A DNA stretch of 64,000 bases, from NCBI GenBank assembly GCA_043798935.1, contig JAZDOC010000019.1, forward strand, positions 74,322-138,321. The letters run 5' to 3'. The stretch is from Patescibacteria group bacterium. GTDB taxonomy: Bacteria; Patescibacteriota; Patescibacteriia; UBA9570; JAHJKD01. Shown piece after piece: positions 21,060 to 30,506 of the stretch; the stretch's first letter is position 1; each line of letters starts with the position of its first letter. Under the pieces are notes generated by a model, which had not been told where the DNA came from, ran no database searches, and was given only the letters and a program-made list of their open reading frames with translations. A program made the position numbers and the translations under genes.

Positions 21060-21854
21060 TTAGCTTAAAACAAATTCTCCAACTAAATAACCAACGCCGA
21101 ATGGACCTTCATAAGATAATTTTTTAAATTTAAAATCCACTTTTTTTAATGCGCCGAGTAATATCAATAACGAACGATAGCCACATTCACCAGCCGACTC
21201 AATTAATTCTGGGCTGATTTTAACAATTTCATCAATTTTATTTTGTTCTAACAATTGAATAAGTAAATGATCAAAAGTTTGACCATTTGAATTAAATCCA
21301 CCTGGGGCGCTTTCAGACAAGCAGTGCGATAAATCTCCGGACGCAATAATAGCAATACGTTTATTGCTTTCACCGGCTACTTTTTGTAAAAGCATACCGA
21401 ATTTAATATGAGCGTTTTTATCGAGTAAGCTAAAACTAATAGGTATAATCTTAACATTGGGTAAATGTTGAGTAAGAAAATATAAAGGTACGCAAACGCC
21501 GTGATCAAGAATTGGTTGGCTGATAGTGTTGACGGCTACATTTTCCAGATCAGCTCGTTCTTTTATTTTGCTCATAAGCTCTAAATCACATTTCCAGGTC
21601 AATTCTTTTTCGTTTGAACCAAATTTAGAAAAATCACTTTTAAATTCAATAGCCAAATTTAAAGAAAAAGCTTCCGGAGTTATTAAGCTATGCGGGGAAA
21701 TTATAAAAATTATTTCCGGTTGCAAAACATATAAATCTCCTTCCATTTCATGAAATGCCGAGATTGTATCGCTTACCTTATTGGTTTCTTCTTTGCCAAT
21801 ATCAGGTATTAGAATTGGTGGATGCGGTGCTAGCCCGCTAAAAATAAAAGACAT
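21060..21854 (-). CDS. amrB: AmmeMemoRadiSam system protein B (Memo/LigB-like fold)
   Basis: PHPPILIP, ISPH, DHG, ASGDLSH, ECGYRS, SYEGPFGVGY. Confidence 0.9.
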   Translation of the reverse strand: MSFIFSGLAPHPPILIPDIGKEETNKVSDTISAFHEMEGDLYVLQPEIIFIISPHSLITPEAFSLNLAIEFKSDFSKFGSNEKELTWKCDLELMSKIKERADLENVAVNTISQPILDHGVCVPLYFLTQHLPNVKIIPISFSLLDKNAHIKFGMLLQKVAGESNKRIAIIASGDLSHCLSESAPGGFNSNGQTFDHLLIQLLEQNKIDEIVKISPELIESAGECGYRSLLILLGALKKVDFKFKKLSYEGPFGVGYLVGEFVLS

Positions 21855-21863
21855 ATGGATATA

Positions 21864-23289
21864 TTATTTTTTAGTTTTTTTCTTCTTGGTAGAAGGCAGT
21901 TTAACTGGTTTTCCTTTGTCGTGCAATTTTAATACTTGATCAGTAGTATGAATAACATTTTCCCATTTATACCCCAATTTATTAAATGCCTTGGCTGAAA
22001 CAAATGGTCTTTTTTTGCCTTTGTCGATTAGATAGACTGCATTACTACCAGGTGAAGTAACGATCTCACCATTAGCGAATTTAACTGGCTGTCCGTTAGA
22101 ATAAGAATTAATTTCCGATGCATCTTTAGGAAAAATAGTAACTCCTTTAAATTTACTGTCTAAAATTTCTTTAGACCAAATTTCTTGTTTTTTATTGTTT
22201 TTATTTATAAAAACAACTGCACCGGTTTGTTTATACTGAGCTAAAAATCCCACTGTTGTAACATCTTGTTCCATTATTAATTGACCATCAGGAATATTGG
22301 ATAAATCAGTCCACGAAGCTGGTAAAGCTTCTTCGGGATTATAGCCTAAATTTCTAAAAATTTCACGCGAAGTGATACCTCTTTTTTTTTCCGTCAATAT
22401 AAAGAAACATGGCGCCACTCGGAGCTTGAAGCAAAGTATAATTAGGGAATAAAATCGAAGCGCCCACATCGTATTGATCAAGTACGTTTTCATTGACGGC
22501 AATGGTTTTATTAATATCATAATTAGCCATTAAAGCGCCTAAAGAATTAAAGGCCATTTTCTTGTTATTCTTAATCAGATAAGTTATGCCACTATCCTGA
22601 CTTTTAAGTATTGAACCACTGGGATATTTATTAATTTCACTGTTAAAACCAAACCACTTTTTCCAAATATCCCAGAATAAAGAATTTCCGCCCACACTAG
22701 AATTTCCACCATGATATCCAATCCAGGGGGTATAAGTATAAAGCACGGCTGTAGCCTGATTGGCTGGTGTCACAGTCCCGTCACCGGTATTTTTAGTTAT
22801 GCCGATACCCCAACCAGATATAGTTGAATTTTTTGCGCTTAAATCAGTTAAATAGCTATTTCTAATTTTATTAGCGGCCGCATCAATTTGATTGGCAAAA
22901 CCAGCATATTCTCGGGAACAGCCGCCGCCATCAGGACAACCAAATCCTAAGGCCTGATCCAATAAACTATTAGTAACTGTTTTTCTAGTAACTAAACTGG
23001 CTTCTTTTTGTAATGTGGCTAAAATAAATTTCGGATTCAATACGTAACGTTGGCAGGAATTATATATAATTTGTGCAGCCGATTTAGTTTTGCCGTCAAT
23101 GTCTTTAGTTGAATAATTGGCTAAAACACCATTTTGTGTTTTTAAAAAATCTGATATTCGACTAAGCGTCATATCGTTTTTATCAGTGAGTTCAGCCGTG
23201 GTTAATATATTATTTTTATTAAAACTACTAGCCAGAGAAACTACTGGAAAAATGAAAATCAAAATTAATAATAAATATTTTTTCATCAT
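21864..23289 (-). pseudogene. Secreted protein (possible lysozyme-like N-terminal domain plus about 3 beta-rich repeats), split by a 1-nt frameshift in an A9 run
   Basis: ORFs 22363-23325 and 21864-22520 join as LYIDGKKRGITSREIFRNLGY if one T of the run at 22382-22390 is removed; signal peptide MMKKYLLL; ATGA overlap with the radical SAM stop. Confidence 0.8.
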
Positions 23290-24302
23290 AAAATAATGTC
23301 TAATGTTTGCCCACATTTTGGACACGATCCATTGATAAAAAAACAGGCTGTTTCATAGTTCTTACGATTAATAACTACTGTGCCACATTTAGGACAATGC
23401 GTATTTTCTAAATCTTCATCCCAAACATTACCGGCATAAATATTTTTCAAGCCGATTTTTTTTCCGCATGCAATTGCATCTTTAATAGTATTAATTGGGG
23501 TAGGGAATAGATTTTGCAGTTTATAAGATATTTCAGGTGAAAACCTGGAAACATGCCATGGAGTTTCAGCACCAAGTTCATTAAATATAAATTCGACTAT
23601 TTTACAAAAACCACCGCTTCTTTCGGTAATATCAGGAATTACTAACGTTGTTACTTCAACCCAAACACCTTGTTGTTTTAAATATTTTAAATTATCAAGT
23701 ACGGGCTGTAATTTGGCTCCACAAAATTTAGAATATAATTTATCATCAAAAAATTTTAAATCAATATTAATAGCGTCCAGATATGGAATTATTAAATCAA
23801 GCGTTTTTTTACTCATAAATCCATTAGAGACCCAAATGTTTTTTAAATTTTCCTGTTTAGCTAGCCTCATTACGTCAAGAGCAAATTCTAAAAAAACAGT
23901 AGGTTCAGTATATGTTGCTGCAACGCTATCGCAATTATTTTTTTTAGCTTCATGGACAATTTGTTCAGGAGTTCTATCTTGACCAATAATGCCGCCTTTT
24001 TGTAATTTTGGATACTGAGAAATTTGCCAATTTTGACAATTGTCACAACGTAAATTACACCCCACAGTCGCGTAAGAATACGTTTGCGAACCGGGTAAAA
24101 AATGAAAAAAAGGTTTCTTTTCGATTGGATCAACGGCTTCGGAAACAACTTTACCATATACCAAACTAAATAATTTTTGGTTAATATTTTGCCGAACACC
24201 ACAAAACCCAGCTTTATTTTCACTAATAAAGCATTCGTGTGCACATGTATGACACTGAACTTTATTTTGATTAAGTTTTGTATATAACAATGATTCCTTC
24301 AT
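23286..24302 (-). CDS. amrS: AmmeMemoRadiSam system radical SAM enzyme
   Basis: GCNLRCDNCQNW (CxxxCxxC), DPIEKKP, TYTEP; terminal Cys clusters. Confidence 0.95.
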   Translation of the reverse strand: MKESLLYTKLNQNKVQCHTCAHECFISENKAGFCGVRQNINQKLFSLVYGKVVSEAVDPIEKKPFFHFLPGSQTYSYATVGCNLRCDNCQNWQISQYPKLQKGGIIGQDRTPEQIVHEAKKNNCDSVAATYTEPTVFLEFALDVMRLAKQENLKNIWVSNGFMSKKTLDLIIPYLDAINIDLKFFDDKLYSKFCGAKLQPVLDNLKYLKQQGVWVEVTTLVIPDITERSGGFCKIVEFIFNELGAETPWHVSRFSPEISYKLQNLFPTPINTIKDAIACGKKIGLKNIYAGNVWDEDLENTHCPKCGTVVINRKNYETACFFINGSCPKCGQTLDIIL

Positions 24303-24309
24303 CAGCTAC

Positions 24310-24338
24310 ATTATAGCCCAATTTTCGAGTATTTACAA
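24310..24338 (-). promoter_or_regulatory. Sigma70 promoter for the amrS operon, probably leaderless
   Basis: TTGTAA-17 nt-TATAAT; ATG begins 7 nt after the -10. Confidence 0.6.
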
Positions 24339-24343
24339 TAAAT

Positions 24344-25054
24344 TTACACTGCTATATCATAAGGCTCCTGTTCTTCTACTCCTCGTTCAATTTCATCACT
24401 TTTTTCAGCTTGATATTTATTGTTTTTTTCAAGTGTAACTGGTTGTTTTTTAACTTCACATTCCATAAAATGTAATTCAACTCCTTGCTTTTTTGCTGTA
24501 AAACCAAGCGTTGTTTCACGACCTTCAATCACTTGTTTGATTTCAACGATTTCATAGCCATTTACTTTCTCTTGTCCTGTAAAAGCATCTTTTAGTTCAT
24601 GTAAACAATTCTCTGAAACCATAAAATAATACCCATTACCACTATTTTTCTCAACTGGAGTCTCGTCATTAATGGTTTCACTCATAACCATAAATACTTC
24701 ATCTGGGTATTCATGCAATAAATCAGCAACCAAGTCCATTTCTGCATCGGTGAATGCATCGTCACCATGTAAATTCTCTTCAGCAGTGTCTACTCGATCA
24801 ATTGCACCGGCTTCAAAGAGACCAGTCTTCATTTCACGATCATGTTCAGCTTTCATTAAAGCCTTTATATGTTGAATATCGTTAGGAGTGAAATCGCGCA
24901 AGCTAACCTCATCACCATTATTTAAACGGCCTCTCTCCACGCCATTCTCACGCCATGTTTGAATTTTTGTTGCAAATTGTTCTGTATTATTTCCCTTGCG
25001 ATGTTCCACTGCTGCTTTTTCGAAAGCCATGGATTTTAAATTTGGATTGCTCAT
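24344..25054 (-). CDS. Acidic cytoplasmic hypothetical protein
   Basis: Long ORF with no recognised motif; start uncertain (25054 or 25072). Confidence 0.65.
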   Translation of the reverse strand: MSNPNLKSMAFEKAAVEHRKGNNTEQFATKIQTWRENGVERGRLNNGDEVSLRDFTPNDIQHIKALMKAEHDREMKTGLFEAGAIDRVDTAEENLHGDDAFTDAEMDLVADLLHEYPDEVFMVMSETINDETPVEKNSGNGYYFMVSENCLHELKDAFTGQEKVNGYEIVEIKQVIEGRETTLGFTAKKQGVELHFMECEVKKQPVTLEKNNKYQAEKSDEIERGVEEQEPYDIAV

Positions 25055-25116
25055 AAATTTTATTTTAATCAATAATAATGTTATTATTATATCATAATAT
25101 AACCAATTTATGGAAT

Positions 25117-25806
25117 ATGATCGAATTAGTTAAAATTCTAGATATCAAAGTTCACAATCTCAATAAAGCTCAGATAACAGGCATTATTGAGGATTATTTA
25201 AAATCAAAAAAAACTCATTTTATTGCCACTCCTAACCCGGAAATAATTTTAAAATGCCAGCATAATTTCAAACTAAAAAATATTATAAATAATGCGGATT
25301 TAGCTATTCCTGACGGTTTTGGTCTATTAATCGCTTCAAAATTTAAAATCAAAACTAGAGTTTCCGGTGTTGATGTAATGACAGATATTATTAAGATTGC
25401 TGAACAAAAAAAGAATTCAATATTATTTATTATCAACCATAATGGCTTAACTCAAAAAGGGGATTTAGATAAAACTATTCAAAATAAATATCCAAATTTA
25501 TTGTATAAAATTGCTTTTTCTGATGAAAAATTGCTTTTTCAGCCATCTATTATTTTTGTCGGATTAGGCTGCCCGGATCAAGAATTTTGGATAAATGATC
25601 ATGCAAAACAATTTACTGAAGCTCGCATTCTAATGGGAGTAGGCGGGGGAATTGATTTTCTTTCTGGTAATCAAAAACGAGCTCCGAAACTTTGGCAAAA
25701 AATAGGGTTAGAATGGTTATGGCGCTTAATTCATCAACCCAATCGCATTTTAAGAATCATCAATGCGGTGATTATTTTTCCTATTAAAGCTTTAATAAAG
25801 AACTAA
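25117..25806 (+). CDS. WecB/TagA/CpsF (GT26) glycosyltransferase
   Basis: TPNPE, PDGFG, RVSGVD, VGLGCPDQE, GVGGGIDF, RAP, GLEWLWRL; start probably MIELV. Confidence 0.93.
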   Translation: MIELVKILDIKVHNLNKAQITGIIEDYLKSKKTHFIATPNPEIILKCQHNFKLKNIINNADLAIPDGFGLLIASKFKIKTRVSGVDVMTDIIKIAEQKKNSILFIINHNGLTQKGDLDKTIQNKYPNLLYKIAFSDEKLLFQPSIIFVGLGCPDQEFWINDHAKQFTEARILMGVGGGIDFLSGNQKRAPKLWQKIGLEWLWRLIHQPNRILRIINAVIIFPIKALIKN

Positions 25807-25870
25807 TCTGCATTGCCAAATTTAACTAAATTTGATAATATTAGCCAATAATAAATTTTAATTTAAAATT

Positions 25871-27295
25871 ATGTCGGAAACAGTAGTTACTAGATTTGCT
25901 CCTTCACCAACCGGAAATTTACATATTGGTGGTGCCCGAACAGCGCTTTTTAACTATTTATGGGCCAAAAAAAATAACGGTAAGTTTATACTGCGCATTG
26001 AAGATACTGACCGAACCCGATATGATGCTCAAAGTGAACAATCTATTATGGAAGGTTTAAAATGGTTGGGTTTATCCTGGGATGAAGGACCGATTAAACA
26101 ATCCGACAGATTTGAAATTTATAAAAAATATGCCAGTCAGTTAGTTGAACAGGGGAAGGCTTATTATTGTTTTTGTACTCCCGAACACCTAGACATGATG
26201 CGTCAAATTCAGATGCAAAAAAATAGAGCACCCAGATATGACGGCTCATGCCGTAAACTGACTACGTCTGAAATTCAAGAAAAATTAAATAATAATAAGA
26301 AATTTGTTATTCGTTTAAAAGTACCGGAGCAGGGTATGATTATTATTAACGATTTAGTTCGCGGTGAAATCAATTTTCAATGCGCTGATGTTGATGATCA
26401 GGTGTTAATTAAATCTGATGGCTTTCCAACATACCATTTGGCTAATGTTGTTGATGATCACGAAATGGGTATAACACATGTAATTCGTGGAGAAGAGTGG
26501 ATACCGTCTACTCCTAAACATATTCTTTTATATCAAGCTTTCGGCTGGCAACCGCCACAGTTTGCACATCTTTCATTGTTTATTAATAAAGGTGGCGGTA
26601 AAATGTCTAAACGAGAAGGCGCAGTGTCATTACTTAATTATCGCGATCAAGGTTATCTGCCCGAAGCCGTAAACAATTTTATGGCGTTTTTAGGGTGGAA
26701 CCCCAAAAATGAAAAAGAATTTTTTAATTTAACTGAATTAATTAGTGAGTTTGATTTGCACAAAATTCATAAAGCCAACCCTATTTTTGATATTCAAAAA
26801 CTTGATTTTTATAATGGTTATTATTTACGTAAAAAAAATATTGATGAATTCTATGATTTAGCCAAGCCATATTTAAATTCGGAATATACAAGAGATGAAA
26901 AATATATTAAACAAATATTGTCTTTAGAGCAGGAAAGGGTTAAAAAACTTACTGATCTAAACGACATGATTGGTTATTTTTTTACCGACTCTCTACAATA
27001 CGATAAAACAATGTTAATTTGGAAAAAAGAAGCACCTGAAAAAATTAAAGATAATTTAATAAAACTAGCCACGGCTTTACAAAAAATTAATGAATCAGAT
27101 TGGTATAAAGAAAAAATTGAAAGTACAATTTTAAACTGGATTCAACAAAATAATTATTCTAATGGCGAAATTCTTTGGCCCATGCGCGTAAGTTTAACTG
27201 GTTTAAAGGCTTCACCTTCACCGTTTGAAGTTTCTAGTGTTTTAAAAAAAGAAAAATCTATTGCTCGTATACAAACGGCTATAAATTTGCTATAA
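25871..27295 (+). CDS. gltX: Glutamate--tRNA ligase
   Basis: RFAPSPTG, HIGG, KMSKR. Confidence 0.98.
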   Translation: MSETVVTRFAPSPTGNLHIGGARTALFNYLWAKKNNGKFILRIEDTDRTRYDAQSEQSIMEGLKWLGLSWDEGPIKQSDRFEIYKKYASQLVEQGKAYYCFCTPEHLDMMRQIQMQKNRAPRYDGSCRKLTTSEIQEKLNNNKKFVIRLKVPEQGMIIINDLVRGEINFQCADVDDQVLIKSDGFPTYHLANVVDDHEMGITHVIRGEEWIPSTPKHILLYQAFGWQPPQFAHLSLFINKGGGKMSKREGAVSLLNYRDQGYLPEAVNNFMAFLGWNPKNEKEFFNLTELISEFDLHKIHKANPIFDIQKLDFYNGYYLRKKNIDEFYDLAKPYLNSEYTRDEKYIKQILSLEQERVKKLTDLNDMIGYFFTDSLQYDKTMLIWKKEAPEKIKDNLIKLATALQKINESDWYKEKIESTILNWIQQNNYSNGEILWPMRVSLTGLKASPSPFEVSSVLKKEKSIARIQTAINLL

Positions 27296-27305
27296 TACTA
27301 TTTAT

Positions 27306-28568
27306 ATGAAAAAAATAACTAAAATTAGCTTATTATTAGTATTCATTAGTATTTTTTTGGGACTGACAACCAATATTTGTTTTGCTAGTTCGCAAAAAGA
27401 AATTGACAGCTTGCAAAACAAAATTAATAGCAAACAAAGCGTAATTGATGAGCTTGACGCTAAAATCAAAGTTTATAAAAATAATATTGCCAAAAAAAAT
27501 GAAGAGGAGTTAGCTTTAAATAATCAAATCAGTATTATTAACGATTCAATCAACCAAACAGAAACTGAAATCGATAAAACTACTGCCGAGATATCTAAGC
27601 TTGATGATCAAATAAAATTAGTTAAAAACCAAATTGAAAAAACTGAAAGTGGCATCAATGTAAAACAAGATCAAATTTCCGAATACATATTAAATATATA
27701 TCAACTTGAAAATAAAACTAATTTAGAAATATTCTTATCTGATAGTTCATTATCAGATTATTTTTCACGACTCGAATATACTTCCCAACTCCAAGAAAAA
27801 TTTCAAGAAATAATGAGTCAATTAAAACAATTGAAAGATCAATTGAAAGATCAAAATGATGACTTAAATGACAATAAGGATGAGCAAGAAACAAAAAAAA
27901 TTATTCTAAAATCAAAACAAGATTCAGCTAAAGAGGAAAAATCTTATAAAAATGAACTTCTAGAAGAAACTCAGGCTGACGAAGAAAAATTTCAAGAATT
28001 AGTGGCCCAAATTCAAAAAGAAGAACAGCAAAGTAACTCGGAAATCGCTGCATTAGAAAAAACCATGCGCACTAAAATCGATGAAGCAAACAGAAAAAAA
28101 AATAATAATTCTAATACCAACACTTCAAACACAGATAATAGTATAATTAATGCCGATGGTTTTGATCCACAATGGCCCGTCACCGGACGAGTTATTACGG
28201 TTTATTTTAGAGATCCTTCATATCCCTTTAGAGCTTACTTTGAACATTTGGCTATTGATATCGACGGAGAGCAAGGAGATCCCATTTATGCTTGTGATGA
28301 CGGCGTTGTAGCCATAGCAAAATTTGATGGAACGCCAGCTTATAGCTATATCATGCTGATTCATGCCGATGGTTTTGCCACTGTTTACGGTCATACAAGT
28401 GCTGTCTATGTAACGCCTGATCAAATAGTTAAGAAAGGGGATTTAATAGGTTTAATGGGTGGCATGCGAGGAGGTATTGGATCTGGAGCGTTTACAACCG
28501 GCTCGCATATTCATTTTGCCATTAAACAAAATGGAATCTATGTTGATCCGTTAAACTATTTACCGTAA
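27306..28568 (+). CDS. Secreted coiled-coil M23 peptidase (EnvC/CwlO-like architecture)
   Basis: Signal peptide, long coiled coil, HLAID and HIH zinc motifs, VDPLNYL. Confidence 0.9.
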   Translation: MKKITKISLLLVFISIFLGLTTNICFASSQKEIDSLQNKINSKQSVIDELDAKIKVYKNNIAKKNEEELALNNQISIINDSINQTETEIDKTTAEISKLDDQIKLVKNQIEKTESGINVKQDQISEYILNIYQLENKTNLEIFLSDSSLSDYFSRLEYTSQLQEKFQEIMSQLKQLKDQLKDQNDDLNDNKDEQETKKIILKSKQDSAKEEKSYKNELLEETQADEEKFQELVAQIQKEEQQSNSEIAALEKTMRTKIDEANRKKNNNSNTNTSNTDNSIINADGFDPQWPVTGRVITVYFRDPSYPFRAYFEHLAIDIDGEQGDPIYACDDGVVAIAKFDGTPAYSYIMLIHADGFATVYGHTSAVYVTPDQIVKKGDLIGLMGGMRGGIGSGAFTTGSHIHFAIKQNGIYVDPLNYLP

Positions 28569-28601
28569 ACAATTAAATTACTTGCAAGCAATTTTGAATT
28601 A

Positions 28602-28639
28602 ACTGATAAAGACTGTTCACATGAACAGTCTTTATCAGT
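28602..28639. repeat. Perfect 18-bp inverted repeat, probable terminator hairpin between convergent genes
   Basis: ACTGATAAAGACTGTTCA-CA-TGAACAGTCTTTATCAGT. Confidence 0.8.
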
Positions 28640-28685
28640 AACAACAGGGAATATAGCTTATTTTGTTGATTATTTATAATATATA

Positions 28686-28713
28686 GTGTCGCACAATATA
28701 TCTTATACGACAC
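28686..28713. other. dif-like tyrosine recombinase site (11-6-11)
   Basis: GTGTCGCACAA-TATATC-TTATACGACAC; arms 9/11 symmetric and similar to the E. coli XerC arm GGTGCGCATAA. Confidence 0.6.
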
Positions 28714-28714
28714 A

Positions 28715-29179
28715 TTATATCTTTGACTTGGCCTTCTTATCCTTTAAAGATCTTCGGCAATTACTGCAACACGTTCTAGTTTTTTGTTTAAAACATTTAT
28801 CTTCTTTTTTTCCTTTTAATTTATTTCGATAATTTTTAATCGCTTGCACTAAAGCGTCAGCGGCTAAATTTGAACAATGCATTTTAATAGCTGGCAAACC
28901 GCCTAATGATTTTGCCACATCTTGATTAGTAATTTTTATTGCCTGATCAAGAGTTTTACCTTTAGCCAGATCCGTCACCATGGATGAAGTTCCAATTGCG
29001 GCCGGACAACCCAGTGTTTCAAATTTAATATCGGTTATTTTATCGCTTTTCACTTTGATATATATTCTCATAATATCGCCACACACCGGATTGCCTACTT
29101 CCCCTACGCCGTCAGCGTTTTTTATCTTGCCCATGTTGTGAGGTTTTCGAAAATGATTCATTAATTTTTTACTATACAT
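28715..29179 (-). CDS. iscU: IscU/NifU-N Fe-S cluster scaffold protein
   Basis: GNPVCGD, FETLGC, LPAIKMHCS; extra basic Cys-containing tail. Confidence 0.92.
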   Translation of the reverse strand: MYSKKLMNHFRKPHNMGKIKNADGVGEVGNPVCGDIMRIYIKVKSDKITDIKFETLGCPAAIGTSSMVTDLAKGKTLDQAIKITNQDVAKSLGGLPAIKMHCSNLAADALVQAIKNYRNKLKGKKEDKCFKQKTRTCCSNCRRSLKDKKAKSKI

Positions 29180-29224
29180 ATTTTATATGGATCCATACTT
29201 TAAAAGTAAGGCGTTAATTATTAA

Positions 29225-30403
29225 TTATTTATAATAGATTCTGTCTTTAAATCTTAAATCAATATATTGTAAATTATCACGATTGTCAATTTTTTGAGTT
29301 AATAATGAATTCAATGCTAAAGTTTGGCGGTCCAGATCTATCGTGCTGTCAAAATAAATTTCAAATTGAGAATCGATTAAAACGTTAATGGTTTTATTAA
29401 CTGTTTTATAATCACATTCTTTTGGTATTAATATAGACTCCCATTGTATGAATTCGGTCGCGTTATCGGTAATTGAATTTATATTACTATCCCCGTCTTC
29501 TTCTTTTTTTACATCTTCTAAAGCTAGTAAACTTTCTTCAATGGTCAAATCTCCGTTATTATATTTTTCTAAAATATCTTTTTTCTTATTTTTTATTTCT
29601 TCATTAACAGTCTCGGCAATTTCATCATTAATAATTCTTTCGGCTTTATATTGTTGTTCATTACAAGTTATAATTGGTATGCTATAAGAAACGACGTTTA
29701 AACCGATTTTAGGTAATTCAATTTGCAAACGCATTATATATTGAATTAAATCTTCAGAAATGATTTGCTGATTAAGATCAGTATTAGCGTTATTTTTATC
29801 AATCACTAGTGGCAATTTTGGATCTATCTCACTTTCGCTGTTTATTTTTTGTGACACTTTGCCTAATAAATCCACATAATAATATTGATTATTAGTATTC
29901 CACGTTAAACCGGGTATTTTTTCTTGAATTGTGATCGTTATTTGGTTTGGCCATTTTTTATTGACTGCTAAACTGTCGAGTGCAAATTTGTTGTTTATAT
30001 TTTGCTGTAATTTGGATGAAATCTCTTTAATATTAAAAACAAAATAATTATTTTTTGGTATTATGAATAATTTTTTACTATTTAAATATTCTTGAGCATA
30101 ATTATTAATTTCCTCGGTGCTGATTTTATCATTTCCGGATATCTCAATATTATTGATAATAAAATATTTAGTACCAAACCCAATATAAATTAGACTTCCA
30201 AATGTTAATATCAGAATACCAAAAAAAGCCCAGCCATCTTTAATGAACCAATTTTTGAAACTGAACTCTTTTTGGACTACCTTTCTTTCATTAGGAAAAT
30301 ATGGATTATTAAAACGAATTTTCGGTTTATTATCATGTTTCATCCGCATGGCCCTAATTCGTTTACTCTTCCCTGCTCCGAATATCTTTAGTATATTTTT
30401 CAT
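29225..30403 (-). CDS. FtsQ/DivIB-like POTRA-domain protein
   Basis: TM helix, IEISGN POTRA start, KKWPNQITITIQE, C-terminal YIDLRFKDRIYYK. Confidence 0.8.
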   Translation of the reverse strand: MKNILKIFGAGKSKRIRAMRMKHDNKPKIRFNNPYFPNERKVVQKEFSFKNWFIKDGWAFFGILILTFGSLIYIGFGTKYFIINNIEISGNDKISTEEINNYAQEYLNSKKLFIIPKNNYFVFNIKEISSKLQQNINNKFALDSLAVNKKWPNQITITIQEKIPGLTWNTNNQYYYVDLLGKVSQKINSESEIDPKLPLVIDKNNANTDLNQQIISEDLIQYIMRLQIELPKIGLNVVSYSIPIITCNEQQYKAERIINDEIAETVNEEIKNKKKDILEKYNNGDLTIEESLLALEDVKKEEDGDSNINSITDNATEFIQWESILIPKECDYKTVNKTINVLIDSQFEIYFDSTIDLDRQTLALNSLLTQKIDNRDNLQYIDLRFKDRIYYK

Positions 30404-30411
30404 AATATATA

Positions 30412-30440
30412 ATTATAACATATTTTAATCGAAACAGCAA
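30412..30440 (-). promoter_or_regulatory. Sigma70 promoter, near-leaderless
   Basis: TTGCTG-17 nt-TATAAT with TGn extension; ATG begins 8 nt after the -10. Confidence 0.55.
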
Positions 30441-30506
30441 ATTAATATTATAGACATGTTTACAATAAATCTATATAATAAATAAGATTAAACTAATAAT
30501 TTTATT

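Noticed and set aside
22380-22392. A_AAA_AAG as a programmed -1 ribosomal frameshift
   Set aside because: Joining the two ORFs needs loss of one nucleotide (+1 shift); a -1 slip lands in the wrong frame
27826-27860. Short tandem repeat CAATTGAAAGAT in the M23 gene
   Set aside because: Encodes coiled-coil QLKD repeats; explained by the protein
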